A stretch of DNA of 64,000 nucleotides, from the NCBI GenBank assembly GCA_002633005.1, contig NMRA01000092.1, positions 715,116 to 779,115 of the forward strand, read 5' to 3'. This DNA comes from Phoronis australis (taxonomy: Eukaryota > Animalia > Phoronida). A program made the position numbers and the translations under genes. Below, one piece after another: positions 1-15,200 of this stretch. The stretch's first letter is position 1, and every line of letters begins with the position of its first letter. The notes under the pieces were generated by a model. It was not told where the DNA came from and made no database searches. It saw only the letters and a program-made list of their open reading frames with translations.

Positions 1-200
1 CTGTCCATATTCGACATGATAAAATCTACACATCATAAGGTAAATAATCAACTCAAAACTTTTGAAAATTAGTAAATGAATAGCTTGGGATGTTGCATTG
101 TACACCTATAGTAATGTGACATGTAGCAGGCCTTTGTTGTTTAGCACAGAACTCACTGCAAATAAGCCAGCAAGTGTCAATTGACAGATGGTTGCCTTAC

Positions 201-3200
201 CTTTCTTTCGTATTCTTGATATACTCTCATCAGCCAATGACAGACACGTGTCATCTACAGTGCTGCCCTCCTGTGTTCCATCCAACACAGTTGTATCAGC
301 ATCCAGAGTCTAAATGGAATGTAAGATTTCACTAAAGATTGTAAGCATATAATGACAACACAGGGACACCAATGACACAAAATTGAAAGTGAAGAATGAG
401 GTAGTTCCACTACAACATTATTTTGTGCCTGTGACTTTGGGAATAAGATATGAGGTAGAGCAGTTTTCATAACAACTTTGGTGTCCAACTCTTAAATAGA
501 AAGTGAGAAAAATAATAGATCTCACAATAAACCACTTTCTGGTGTTAAAGATCAAATTTCTTCGCAGGCGTATTTGCTCTTACACAGCACCATCATCGCG
601 CGCTCTTTTATTAATTGGTTGAATTGAAATTGTCTACAACAAAACACCTGGGATTTGCTTGCCCATTCGAACTGTCTTGGCAACTGAAACTAACCGGTCG
701 TGACACGCAACATAGTGTTCCTCATCTGAAGCAATAACCTCTCAGTTGGTCTCGAGCCTAGGTATTATTTCTAATCTCGATAAGGTAAAAGATGGAACTG
801 ATTTTATTACAGTAAGTGGCCAAAGTCAAGTTTTTCGACAGAAGGTACAGCTTCTTAAATGTAAGCCAGCGCAAATTTCTGATGCCAAGAAGTGCTGCTT
901 ATTCAGAAGTTCCCAATATTAAAGGTGTTGAAAACTCATCTGTCAAAAACCTAACTCTTAATTTTGACAATCTGCAGTTATGTAATTGGCCTCAACTCAT
1001 TTGTTGCTCAAATTAGAGGGGATTTCTGGGCCTTGAAAGTTCGTCATTGCTTCAGATAAAAGTCAACAAGTTGTCTTGTTACAGCAGGTCATTTTAGCAC
1101 CCGAGCGAATCGCCCATTATTTCCAAGGTCAGATACCACTTCTAATCTATGAAAGGCACGTGGAGATCAGTTTTATAGTGGCAAGCAGTCTAAATAAAAA
1201 GTGTGGTTCCTTGACAGAATGCAGGTTTATAGCAGCTTTAACAAACAACACAAATGCATTAGCTTGGGTGATATCCACTCACGGCCAGTGACTGGTCTGT
1301 TGCAGCCTCAACTTGTGTACTGTCATCCACTGTCTCACCAGCTGAAAGGAGCATCTCCTTGATGACGTGGGAGTACTTCTCCACCAGCTTGAGTGACGGC
1401 TTATCTTTCACTTCCTGATAAACAACATAAATTAAACATGAGAACTACTAGACAACAGCACAATACATTACAATCAGACGGCCCTGGCAGCAGTTTGATT
1501 CATTTGTCAATACTAGTAAAGCTACAACTGGGATCATTTCAGCATTATCGAATATCTAGATAACTTAGTTACGGGTGGATTTAGGTTAGAGGGCGTGGAA
1601 TGATGGACATGGACAAAAAAATTACTGCTAGCACCGACTTGATATCCAACGCAGAAGGTGTACTTGTTTGGTCCCCCCTTGCGATATCCTAGATCCATCA
1701 GTGTTAAGTGTTCACGTGAGAAAAAAAGTTGTGTCTTTAACTTAGATGAAAGATGAAAAAGCTTCACAGACAGTAGAGAATGGCAAATTCTACATGTCAA
1801 ATAACGTAGAAAATAAATCCAAAACTAAAAGAGGCGATCCAGATCGTCTAAAGGATACACTTGTGTGTCGAAAAGTAGAATAAATATATGTAAATAAAAC
1901 AACAAAAATGGATCACTGAAATTTTAAGATATAATAACATCCTTCGTCAACAGGAACAAAAATAAAGTAAAATCAAACACTATATTACAATTGACATCTG
2001 ATATATGGCGTAATTAACATGATACATTATAACGCCATATATCAGATGTCAATTGTCATATAGTGTTCGATTCCGTTTCTGTTGACGAAGAATGATATTA
2101 TATCCGAAAATTTCAGTGATCCATTTTTGTTGTTTTATTTAAGTATATTTATTCTACGTATCAAAGCATTCTTAAAATTGAAGACAATGTTAAGCAAAAT
2201 ATTCTAAAATTTAGGAACTTTTACTGTGATCAAATGTCCCTATAACCCTATTCACAAATGGGGTAAAACAATGCTTTTGCCAGTAATGTGAAAAGTTACA
2301 GAAGTCACTTTTTCTGGCCCTTTGCTGGAGGTTTGAGTTAACCCAAAACTGCTGGCATTTTTGCTAGCACTTTTCTAACCAGACAGCTTATTTCATAGGA
2401 CATACATGTGCATGGGATACAGGCCTTTGTTTATCACTCCAGTAATCAATAGACTGCAGTGTGTGAACGTTTTTTTGTCTTAAATTTTAACTTTCAAAGC
2501 AATTTAGGTAATGTGGAAAACTAACTCCTGGCAAAAATTACACCTAAACAGATGGTACGCCTGTCTGGATAAATCTCTAATATTTTCTCTATTGTGAACC
2601 TAGTTTTCGGAATACCGTCAGGAAAACCGACCACACCAACCTGTAGCATCTGACTGGCCAACTCTCGCAAGTCTTTATTGTTGACAATGTTGCTAGGCGA
2701 CAACTCAAGGGAGTTAAGCACCCTGCAGAGTGTTCTCACATTGAACGAGTTTGGATCCTGGAGTATCTCGTTAGATATGCGTACTGCAAGGCTATCGTGA
2801 ACGCTAGTCTCCTGTAAATAGATTCAATGTCCTCTTTCAGGGAACGGCTCACAAGTGGGTTGTTAATCCACACAATGCAAGATAGCCATGGACACAGGGC
2901 TTAAAATGTGCACACTGAAAGGACATTACAAATAATTTTCTCAGAACAATGGTTCTAGTATTGAGAGACTGCATAGTAAGACATCAGCATTGTAAAATAA
3001 TCAATAGCATTTGTCTGCACAAAATACAGCCACAAAGTTCAGACCCTGAATGAGTTACCATCCCGGAAATGTTAATACGCCTACATAAAACGCACGTGGA
3101 CCAGTAACAGCGAAGCAGGGTCCATGATGAAGCATAACCTAGTTGGTAGTGCCAAAAATGTTTCAGTATTGGCAAATTGGTCAAGAGGAAGAAGGTGGAG

Positions 3201-6200
3201 TTTAATCACATGTGACAAGCGCAGTCATCAATCATCAACTGTGTACTAGGTCTTTATGGAGTGCTTAGAAAGACACACAATCATGTACTATGAGGTTGTT
3301 AGCCCAAGGACCACCAAACTTTACTCAAGAGTGCCAAATGATTGGTGAATTTTTTTAGTTGAGTTTTGCGAAAACTTTGGCGCGCACGGTCCCTAGTAAA
3401 TACATATAACAAGCGTTCAGCAACTACATATCAAATGAAGCTCAGCCGATCCTGCCGACAGAGTTATATCTCGATACTCTCCTGATAATCGCCCGGCTGT
3501 CAGCTAATACAACCAATTTTCCAATGCAACTTTACTGAAACAGCACCGGAAGCTGTGTATGACCAAGGTAAAACATAAAGTACCCGGGGTCATATTTACA
3601 TCAACATTACACATTAACCTGCATGTTCTGTACATCCTGTTGACTCAGTAAGTGCCTGGCATTGGTCAGCTGGACTAGTAACTCAGCCACGTTGACCTGG
3701 TTGACATCAGCCAGAGGGCTGGATGATGGTGCGTTGAACAAAGTCTTGATGGTGGGCAGGAAGGCCTCCTCAACAACCTCCTGGTTCGACCTGAAACACA
3801 CAGAGGGCGCTATTAGTACTTAGGAGATGTATACTGAGGAAGATATTTCGTAGTGGGTTGTGCCGATTAGTCTTGTATTTATACTCGTCATGTAGTATCG
3901 AAATAAAATTAATGGAAATACAAAATACCTCTATATTTTGAACACCATACAGTAATATTTCTTATCCTACTTAACCACTCGCACAGTTCTTCAAGGTTAA
4001 TTCCTCGAAATGGAATCTTGCATCACATTCGTCAAGTTGGGTAGTTATTTTTATGTACGGTGTAAAATTGAACACTTGGGAATATAAAAGTAATATTTAA
4101 TGATGCTGCAACGTTCATTTTTGTTCTATACATACCATCCTAGAGAAAGACAATTGCACTGTATTTGAAAAAAATCGCATATTTATTTATTTTACATTTA
4201 TGTATTACATGTATGCGAAAAAACTAGCACTACAGAGGCTGGTCACAAGAATTGTGTTTACATTAAACACAATGTGCAGATTTTGAAAATCTGGTGACAA
4301 CACTTCCCATAGCAAAAATTTGGAATCTTGGATTTTGGGAATATTCATAACTTGCATGTTTCAATGCAATCTTCTTGGTCGTACATCAAGTCAAAAAAAC
4401 AAAGCATGTACTTGTAACCACACTGAATATGGTACAAAATTCCAAGATGAAGTTAGGTCACGTTACCTTGAAGCAAACGAAAATATTGGGAAGAAAACGC
4501 CAAGGCAGTGTCTCAGATGAGAGTCGTCCTCTGTTACGGGGTTGTACCATAGCAACAGTAGTCGTGACAACAACTTGGGCGACGACACGCGTCCTGACAT
4601 CATCAACTTAGCTAGGCCCTCCCCGACAATAGTGCGTACCTCGGATTGCTACAGAAACCAAAGAAAGTGAAATACTGCAAGCTCAACATTCCGCACAGTG
4701 TAATGAGCAATCAATCTCACTAACGACCACTTGATGCTCACTAAGTGGAGCCAACCAACAAAGGTCCCTGTTTTTAACATCGGAACAGGAAGCAGTCCAT
4801 CTGCAAAGGAGTATTCGAGGGATAAGGGAAAGCACACATTTCCATGCAGAGTACCCTTATTACACCAGTGCCACCTATGTCACCTCACAAACAAACAATC
4901 TTTTTGTACTGATGAGTTAAAACACCACTATACATGTAATTTTCCTGACCAGTTACAGTGTAGATTCTTAACCTCAGGACACATAATGGGGGAGAACACG
5001 ATTCACATGTCAAATTTTTAACAAGAATAACATGAAGAAAGTTTAAGTCATCATGATCATATTTTTTCAAAAGCAACGAGTCTCTACTGAAAGTCCAGGG
5101 TTAAAATCTTACACAGCTTATCCTTGCTTCTAACTTTGGAAAGATGAATCAAAATTAAGAAGTTACAAACAGGTTTTAAAAACAAAGGCTAATAATAACC
5201 AGCATGAACGCGTGGATCCTGTTTCAAAATGTAAAAGCAAAACTGATGACAAACGGTGGACACATCCCTTTGCCTGAACTAACTTAGAGCCCTCATGTGC
5301 CCAGGCTGCCTACCTCACTGTCTAGGAGACCAATCAGTATGGCCAGCATACTGCTGACAGTGTTAGTTGGCTGTTTCTCAGAGCTTACATCTTCTTCATC
5401 AACAGAGTCCTCTGGCTTGTCATCCACGTTGTCACCGGATGACGTGTCGCTGTTGGTAGACTGGCAAAGAAAGACACACAGTGTTACTAACAAGCAAGGA
5501 TGGATATTACATTTAAATATGTAATATTCATAACATTGCACTCAAAATTACACAATATTCTCACACAACTTTTATCTTAACTAATAGCCACCAAAAGTAA
5601 TTTTTGACATCAGCCCTGAGACAGATTCGAACACAGGACCAGACGTCTTCAGTCCGATGCTTTGCGAGCAGAACTAAACCCCACTAGCCAAATTGCAGAG
5701 TATTCTAAGTGTATTTTATTGGTAAAGTCACCAGCCTCAGTTTCAGCTAATGCCTGGCAGCCAACAGTGAGAATTAGCGATTTGTAAAAAAAATAATATA
5801 AACAAAATGGATTTTTTCTTTTACAGCCCTGGTAAAAGCCAATAACTTCAAGACCTATCCAAGAATAACCCCAAATATGCATATTTGGCATTAAAGTCGC
5901 TTAGGTCCCCTTAACATGCAACTGCAATCAGTCTTTATCATTTACACCCACAGAGGAAGACTCTTTCATGTCAGCACTTACCTCATCAGCAATGAACATA
6001 TCCAGACTGAAGGTCTGAATGAGGTCAAAGATCACCTGCAGTGCCGTTACCTTGACAGCCTCCTGGTCCACCTGAGTTACCTGGAGATGAGAAAAGTGAA
6101 GTTATAAGCAACGGTTGCTGGTGGAGTAAATTGGATCTAAGAACTAGGCAACACAGTTCACAGCGCTCATAACTACCGGTATATAGATACGACGTCAGTG

Positions 6201-9200
6201 ACCAAAGAGCTAAGCTGTACACCTGCACTGAATTAATGAATGCCTGTAAGTACAGTTCACAGCGCTCATAACTACCACTATATAGATACGACGTCAGTGA
6301 CCAAAGAGCTAAACTGTACACCTGCACTGAATTAATGAATGCCTGTAAGTACAGTTCACAGCGCTCCTAACTACCGCTATATAGATACGGCGTCAGTGAC
6401 CAAAGAGCTAAGCTGTACACTTGCACTGAATTAATGAATGCCTGTAAGTTACAACCCCAGCTGAGCTGAGAGAATACTCGAGCTACATTACAATGACATT
6501 GGGTTCAAATGAGTCCAGGCTTAACTTGTTCCGACTTAGCGCTCACTTGTATCTTGGTGAGCACTGAATATTTCATAATACATCTTTTCAATGTACTCGT
6601 TTGATGCCACTCACAGCGATAATTAGGTCAAAACAACAGTTAGGAGGTTTGGGACATATGGTAATTCGTCACTAACCTGTCTTATTTTCCACAAAAAGTT
6701 TCCAAAATTATCATTTTTCTATTTTTCAAAGTCTGCTTACTAGGAAAATTTACCAAATGTTACTCGATGACATCTACACAATACAAACCAAGCTAAAAAT
6801 GAACTAGAATTTTCTTGATCTTTATTTTTATTGAGAAATTTAAAAAAATAAAACTTCAATAGTCTGCCATATTGTGTGCTAAATATGTGAAAAAATACCA
6901 TTTATTATGCGGAAACTAGCCACAGAAACGTTCAATAAAGTACACAAGGCTCATAGTACAGTAACTAGAATCAAAAGCAAATGTTTTCTAGACAACAATA
7001 AAGATTTTGTTTTTATGAGGGTGTTGTGACAGTTCCATTATCACTGGAGAACAATGAATTGATACATCATTCTTTTAGCAGAACCATAATAGTGCATCAG
7101 TACTCCAATGATAGTGTCGCTGCATGATACGGTGAAGACTTGACAATTTAGAAAAATAATATGGGAGAACTGTGAAATGTTAATTTATCAAAAATTTTTA
7201 AAAATGAACAGGAAGAAATGTTTACTTCATCATTTGCACCGTTAATATTGTACATCTGACATCAAAAAACACCATTGAAGCACTTTCGAGCATTTTTAAC
7301 AAGTGGAAAAATGTCTATTTTGGCAATAATTATTATTTTTGTTCAAATTTCAGGAAACTGTACATTGAGGAGGTGCAGGACTAACCTGAAGGAAGAGCAA
7401 TAGGTGAGTCCTAGCTAGCTCCTTACTGATGATGCAGCACAGACCGAGGGCTTTGACAGCCTGGTTACGGATGGCTGCGTCTTCACTCTGGATGCCTGGT
7501 ATAATCTGTAACAGTAAGAATGCGCTCACTGCAGAGCTGGGCAGGACTACGACCACAGGCAAATGGAGCATGTAAATAAACACGATGAAAGCGTTTAAAT
7601 GCCTTCACATCACCGTGTGTTGAATCATAATAATTATGTTAACCAGGTAAACGCACTGTGGCAATGTTGTTAAGAGTTACATAAAATGGAAAGAGGATTT
7701 ATTCCTTTGATTCTTAAAACATAATGGCTGCGGACAATTTTAAACAAGAATATTGAATTATTTGCATGGACCACAGGATCATTTGCGCAAAACAATGATT
7801 ACCATACATACAGACCACATCTTTGGACATGAATATACCAACAACTGGTACTAATGAAATGTAAGGTATTAATTACAATTCCATACAGCTATGTCTAGCA
7901 ATTTCAAAATAATTAGACACACAGTGAGATATACATGCCATTTGGCAGCACTCTTAGTGAATAATACGGGAGCCAAATATGCAGTCTGGAAAATTATAGA
8001 GCCACACTAACCTGCAAATGGCCATTAACATATTGTTCCAACCAACACCACATTTGTTTAATCCATGAAACAAGGCCTTGAAACTATTTCGGTGACCTTG
8101 ATGAGTAAACAAGTTCAGTAAATAAAAATCATCCACAAACGGTGGTCGGAAACACTAACGAATTTCGACCCACAGATGTTTTGCCTGTCCATAGACGTAT
8201 GAACTCACCAGACTGTCAACCAGTGATTGAAGGGCGGGGTTAAGTTCTTTCAGTGTCAGGCCACATAACATCTCGACTGCGATGGTCATACACTTGAGTA
8301 ATGTGGGAGTATCAGTCTGCAATTTAAAGAGTCATTCACAACCTCATACATTAGTGCACTGACACTTATAAGGAATACATCAGGGCTTGGAACAATTAAT
8401 GACAGAAAAGAGGAAAAATTTCCAGGCAACCTACCATTCTACAAATAAATAGGCTTGTGCGATACAAATGCTTTCTGTGTTGTAAAATTTAATTGCAAGA
8501 AATACGTTTTGCGCAAATAAAGTCAAAATGACGATAAAAAAGAGGCAAAAATAGGAAACTGAAAAATTGAAAGCTAGAATTCCAAGCCCTGATACACCTT
8601 TAGATGACATTATTGTGTATTTAAGAACAGCGCCAATATGAATTTGAACCCATAGTCTCAGCGGTCACAGCCCAATGGTTTGCTAGTAGAGCTAAACGCT
8701 TATACAGAAATTAGCTGAGTATTTTAAGTGTATTCATCTGATGCCAGTGGCCTCGATTTCAGATAATTCTAACCAATGGCGGGAAGTCGGCATTGGAATG
8801 GAAAAATTCTATTAACATCACAAAAACAACAAATTTTGCTGTTTTATAACTCTGGCCAAAGCTACAAACTTCAAGAAGTCTATTCTACCTAACAATAATC
8901 ACAAAAATGCATTTCTGGCCCTGTAACCAATTATGCCCTTTAAAAGCTAAACAACATTTTGAGGCTCAGCAAGGAACCAGTCTAAAACATTTCTGTCAAG
9001 TTTCAACACTGCCCAATATAACAATCCCACTGGAATCACTTTCTTTAAAAAGCTATCTGACTTCATTGAGCGAAACATACCCAAGATTTAATTTCTCAAG
9101 TTTTACCACCAAAAATAACACCTCGCAAATCCTTTTCATAGTGTTATCTCATTCTTTCCTTGAAAGGGTTCAGATTTCAAGCACAAGGCGATTTAGAAAT

Positions 9201-12200
9201 AACGTGCCTACGTTGAAAAATAACCCTTGGAACACTTGAAATGAAATGTGTAATCCAAATTATTACTCACCACAGGGGAAATGTGTCTGTGCCTTACGAA
9301 AGGGAATTTTTCTCCCATGAAAAGAATTTTTACAGGGGATTCTGAGAAGGAATAAAATTCTCCCACTACCAACATTTGGTGACGACTCTCAACTAGTAAC
9401 TCTTCCAGCACTGACCAGTTCGCTTTCAAATCCATTTTACAACTCACCTCCCTCACTAATCACTATTTCTGTCCTGACCTAACCGTCTCCACCAATTCCA
9501 TTGTCTATCTCCTCACCTCCCTCACTACTCACCCTCTCTGTCCTGACCTGCTCCGTCCTCGTCTGGCCCTCCTCCATCAACGCCTGTTTACTCGCCTCCA
9601 GCTCACAGACTCTCGCCTTCAACCCTGCCGCTCGCTCAAACTCCTGCTGTTGGACGCAGGTTTCCAGCTCGTCCCGGACCTGATTCAATTCCACGCGTAC
9701 ACCAGCCAGCTGCCAGGAAAATACAACAAACAGCTCTACAATGAATCTATGTCCGCAGGCACTTTAATAAATATGAAATGCTCCAGAACCTTATTCCCTC
9801 TTACACCGTCCATCATTGTGATTCAGTACTGTACAACATTGTGTTTACGCTTATGCATTTACATGCCAAGTTACACCAATACCCAACTTTTGGAAGATTT
9901 GCCAACAAGCAAAACACATGAATACAACTAAAGAGAAAATTTTGAAAATTGCACGTGAAGACAAAAATCTAGTTTTAAAAACACACTATTTTCAGTCTAA
10001 ACATGCGCATGTACAGCAATAACATCTGTTTTTTTCAATTTCATGACTGCATTCCATAGACCATAGTAGATAACCAGTCGTACACCTAAAATAAGAACCA
10101 TTTTCCATAATGAGAAGATTAGGCACTTATACCTACCACAAGACTATATTGACAGTTTGCAAACAAGTGGATATAAAATAGACCCCTGTGCAGTTACCTT
10201 AACCATTCTTTCTAACACACAGAGCATTAAAAATAGAGAAAATAATGGCGTCCAAAAGGGAAAATGTTGAACGTCCACATACGCGTTAAATACTGTACGA
10301 CGAACATTGCTGCTACGTGTCCCAAAACTCGACCCTACCTTCAACTCCAGCGACCTCTGCTCCTCTCGACTCAACGAGTGGTCGACAGTTGTGATTGGCT
10401 CTCGTATCTCGGCGATTGTCTCGGCCAATAGCTGTACCCGAGCTGCATCGTCTGGCTTCAGCGTCTTCATCACAGTGAGTAGGGCCTTGACAAGAGAGTG
10501 TGACACCACCTCACTAAGCAGCATGCCGTGCACCAACTCTGTCAGCTGTTTCCTGTTGTTGACATGGAAGATGAATTAGATGAAAGAGGTCACTGAAGAA
10601 GACTGGGGTCAGTTTCGAGGAAGTTGAATTACGAATTAAGATCGAAAATTTGGCCTTACGCTCCACGTAATTATTTCCGAAAAATAATCAAATCGCGCTT
10701 GAACAAAACCTGAGATAATTTCTACAGTGACTACTACAGTGTGATTTGGTAATAATTCAGCAACTGTGAAATGGAAGGATAAGACCAAATTTCTATCTAG
10801 ACCCCTGGTATAAATATTAATGAGGTACCGATATTTAGAATTTGTAAGTAGCCTAGAACCCTTGTCTCAGTTCAGTCTATAGTTTGCTTGAGACTGTGAC
10901 AATCAGTAACATTTGAACATATCCCAATGAACTTGATGCTGTCCAGCTCGCTTAGACTGTCCATAAGAAAGTAAATCAGTTGTAGCCAGGGAGGAGAAAC
11001 AATCCTGTGGTCAGACTCATTAACATAACAGCAAATCAACTGTGGGTCACAAGTCCATATGCAATCTTTGATCTCTGACTGAGGTGTTTACAGAGCCTGA
11101 GTACTGAATTAAGGATTCTAACCACAAATGTTCTTTAAATAGGTCAGACCACGAGATTTGAATTTTGATCGTAACCTGCCATTTTAATACGAAAACAGCC
11201 AATCATGTGCAAAAGACTTGGCAGTGAAACATGCCATGAAAAATGCGTCATTCAGTTGTTTGAGACCAAGTGAGGCACCCCTTACTGTAACACGCCACAT
11301 ATAAAGTTATGACCATACCTGCCTGCCTCGTCAGAGATGTCCAACATCCCTCCAATCTCCAGCAACTGTTGCATAATGAACTCTGTCTTCAGTTGAGAGT
11401 CCACTGTCTGGTCTCCACGCAGCTGCTCAGTAAAACTGAAACAGTTCATAAGGGCAAGTTTATAGGGTCGTTGTATTTTTGTCAATGGAAAATACTGGAA
11501 GACGGTCAAGAAACGAAAATTAACCGAATTTTTAATTCTTGAAGTTTCATTTCAAAATTTCACCGAGATTGATGAACCCATAAACTCAATGTATACCCTA
11601 TCTAACTGAATTGCACTAAATGACTAAGCAACACTGCTTTGGCAGAACACTGTGTACTGATGTAACCTCCATAAGAAGCTGTGGTTTTAAAATTCACCAC
11701 GTAGTGCAAAACACAAATTAAAATGAAATAGAAACAAATGTTCTTGACCCATCAAATGTGACATTAATGGCACAGTGTAAGGAAAAATGGCTTAAAGCAA
11801 AATGAACACCTTGGATGTATTCTGGAATAAGCAAATTACCATTTCATCACACAAGGCAATCCACTGTGTAGCGTAGCTGTCTAAAAATTTTACACAGGGG
11901 GTCATTTTACAACAAATCGATCCAAGTAAGATTGCTGAAAAGAAATGTGACTATCCATTGTGCCAGCTTTATATTGCCACAACTCCATTATGGAGTCCAT
12001 CCCAACTGTATGCTTACCTCCTCACATAGTCACAGAAGTCAGGCACACTTGGCACCAGTCTCTCTAGCTGTTCTTCAGCCTCATCTCCTTGGGCCTTCAA
12101 ATGACTGCAGAGACAGCGCCAGTAGAAAACGTTCTCGCTCGTCAGCTTGTCACTGTCGATGACATGCCTAAAATAAAGACGATAAAGCAAGATGTCGAGA

Positions 12201-15200
12201 AAGTCAACATATAATTAAAAACAGGCATCTAAAACAACAAACAGCTGAGAAATGTGAATAAAGCATAGTTTTGTCTACAGTGTTCAGTAGGGAAAGCCCA
12301 GCATATCCCGAGAAATCAAAATTGGAGGTCTAAGAGTAGGTTCATAGGCCAGTTTGATGATATTCTCAATACTCACTCAGCAGGCGACAGCAGTTCACTT
12401 ACTTGTCATTCAGCACGTCACAGTTGTCCACCAGCTGGTCAGTAGTGGACTTGCCAAACATGGTGGACAGTGCCAACTGACAGATGTCCATGGACTCCTC
12501 CACATCAAGACACTGCAGAAGTTCCAGAATGTTACCGTCAAATGAAGCCAGCCAGCTCTGTAGTAGCTTGGAGCCACACGCCTCACGCACAGAGTCTGCA
12601 AGTTTACAACAACAACGGCTTCAGGTTCAGCAGAAAAACATACTTTTTAACCAACTATAAGATAACACATATTGCTTGAAACGAGACAGTGTGGGTATTT
12701 GAGGGCCCAAATACCTCCAGCCTTAAACGAAAAACAAGGTTGAGATGGTTCAACACGCCAAAGATACCAGCACAGACAGTACTAGCCTTATGCCAAAGCC
12801 TAAATATTTCCTCTGAAAATCAAAGGAAGATTTTCCCCTGAAATACATGTGTCCCAATGAAATAGTAAGACTAGTTGCGGACCTACGATGCACAAGAGCA
12901 TTCGTGCATTAACTGCCTCTTGAACACGTTACTCTATGAAGCCAAATAACACTGTGTGAACTTCATGAACACCTTAAAGCATGAAACACTTTCATAAAAA
13001 GTTCATTAAATTGACAAGCATCACTATATAAATATTTAACTGAGGGAATTCCCACTGTTTGAAAGTGGCTACCTCACTCGTTGAGGAAAAAGTTTTGATG
13101 GTGGTGAGATTTCGCACTCTTCATAAGCTCCTCAGGCCCAACAACTCCACAAGGAGGACAAAAGCTACCTCTCCGTCATCAAAAATGACAATGGAAAATG
13201 GATTCTGTTTTAGCCTTAACTAACAGTAACTAGTGATTAATAGTCATCTAAATGATATATCACTGAAGTTGAAAGTTCTATTTGCCATGGAAACCGTCAA
13301 AATCCTGCACAATCATTAATCTCAATCTTAATATTACAATTAGTTACCAGCTCGATCGTTCAGTCCATCCTGTAACAGTTGTACCCTCTGGGCGATCGTC
13401 AGCGCCTTGATGTGAAGCTTGTCTGCAATCGTCTGAAAGGCTAGCCGGCGCACTGATTCCTTCACGTCGCGCGTCCGTTCAAAGATGACAGGAAGCGTCT
13501 TGGTGGTGAGAGCAATGCAGGATAACACAGCACGTCTAACATCGGCGTTGGAGTCACAACTCAACAGGAACAAGTAGGCTGTAAAAATGGTCCAACTGTT
13601 GTATACTGCTACACTATTGACAATGGAGGTAAAAAGGTAATACTTACCACAGTGTCAGTGGATATACCCAACCTGCAGAAATACAATTTTCAGACACAAC
13701 GATGACAATATTGAAATGAGAAAAAGGTGGATAAAATGTGTTCGGCAACTTCAATCATTCTATCCACTGACTCTGCAAAAACATTTTCTAGGTTGTGTGA
13801 GGTCAGATTTATAACTATCTCATGACACTAATCATTGTTTGTTCCTAAAAATTATTCCTAACTACACCAGGATCCAGGATCTAATATCCAAACTCGACGG
13901 ACTCAATGAGGAGTAAGAGTGACTCCGTGGTTTGAGCTCCGGACTCCCATGTGGGAGACCTGGGTTCGAATCCTGGCTTTACTGGTAGACAATGGAGCAT
14001 TGCACAAAAGTGTCTCCTACTCCTCTGAGTTCAGTCTTACTAGTGAGTGAATGAGTGTATGTAAGGTAATGAATGAGAACCGTTTCGGAATACTCGACTT
14101 CAAGTATGAAGTGTGAAAGAACGAAGATAAATGATGACGTGTGATTCAAGTACAAATTTGTAAGTTTACTTCAAATATTCCATAAAATTGGCCAATTTTC
14201 AAACTGAGTTTGGAGAAGAGATTAGGAGTCTTTCTCAATGGAAAAATCACCATGAGGTTAAACCATAAATAATGCGAATACCCTTATCACATATGCAGAT
14301 TGTGCCATGCTCTACAAACCAATCATCAATTTTCAAAATGCTTTTCAAATATAATTTCACGAATGTATTATTTAGGTTGATAAATCAAGAGAAGCCACGA
14401 ACGCAATGACAACAGAGGCAGATGCAGGAGGACTAGCAGTGTTCTGGTGATGGACAAGCACACAGGGTACATTAGATTACGGTAATACAACAGTGACTTA
14501 AGGCTGAGGAGGGGTCCAAACTCAAAGAACTCGTAGCTATGGTGAAAATTCTTCAATTTGGGACAAAAGTTATTCCTAAAATTGCCCCATACCATATACT
14601 TGCAAATGTGCAAAACTTTCCAAATGTTATTTGGTAATATCTACACCATACAAACCATGCTAAAAGGATTCAAACTAAACATTCCCGAAAGTTCACCTGT
14701 CCGCGCCATATTGTGCCCCAAACTAAAGAATTTTGCTGTAGTTGAAGAAACTACTACAATCTCTTACAGACAAGCGGACGCACAACACGTGGTTGTTAAT
14801 AACTGACAGATTACCAGCTATAATGGGGCAGTCCTTGTCCGTGGGGTCCTGGAGTCGGTCAACTGCAGCCACAGCCTGTATCCTCACTATGGGGAACTTG
14901 TCGCGAAGACGTTGGAGCATCGTCTCATAGATCTGGTCATAGAGGTCATCCTCGATCTGGGCGTCGGCTCCCATATTCGACAACAGCTTGTTGATAAGCT
15001 GGCAACAGCGAAAACGCACTGCACGGTCTTTGGCATTATGGGACTGAAATATGTGTTAGGTTACATTGAGATTGGCTCCATTCTCGACATCAAAATTCCT
15101 AATACTTGACGCATGTAGCAGCTCTGAAAAGTAATAGCGGCTGCATAGTGCAGTATCTGACTACATGTTCATAGCATTGCACAAGTCTTTATGGAAATGT

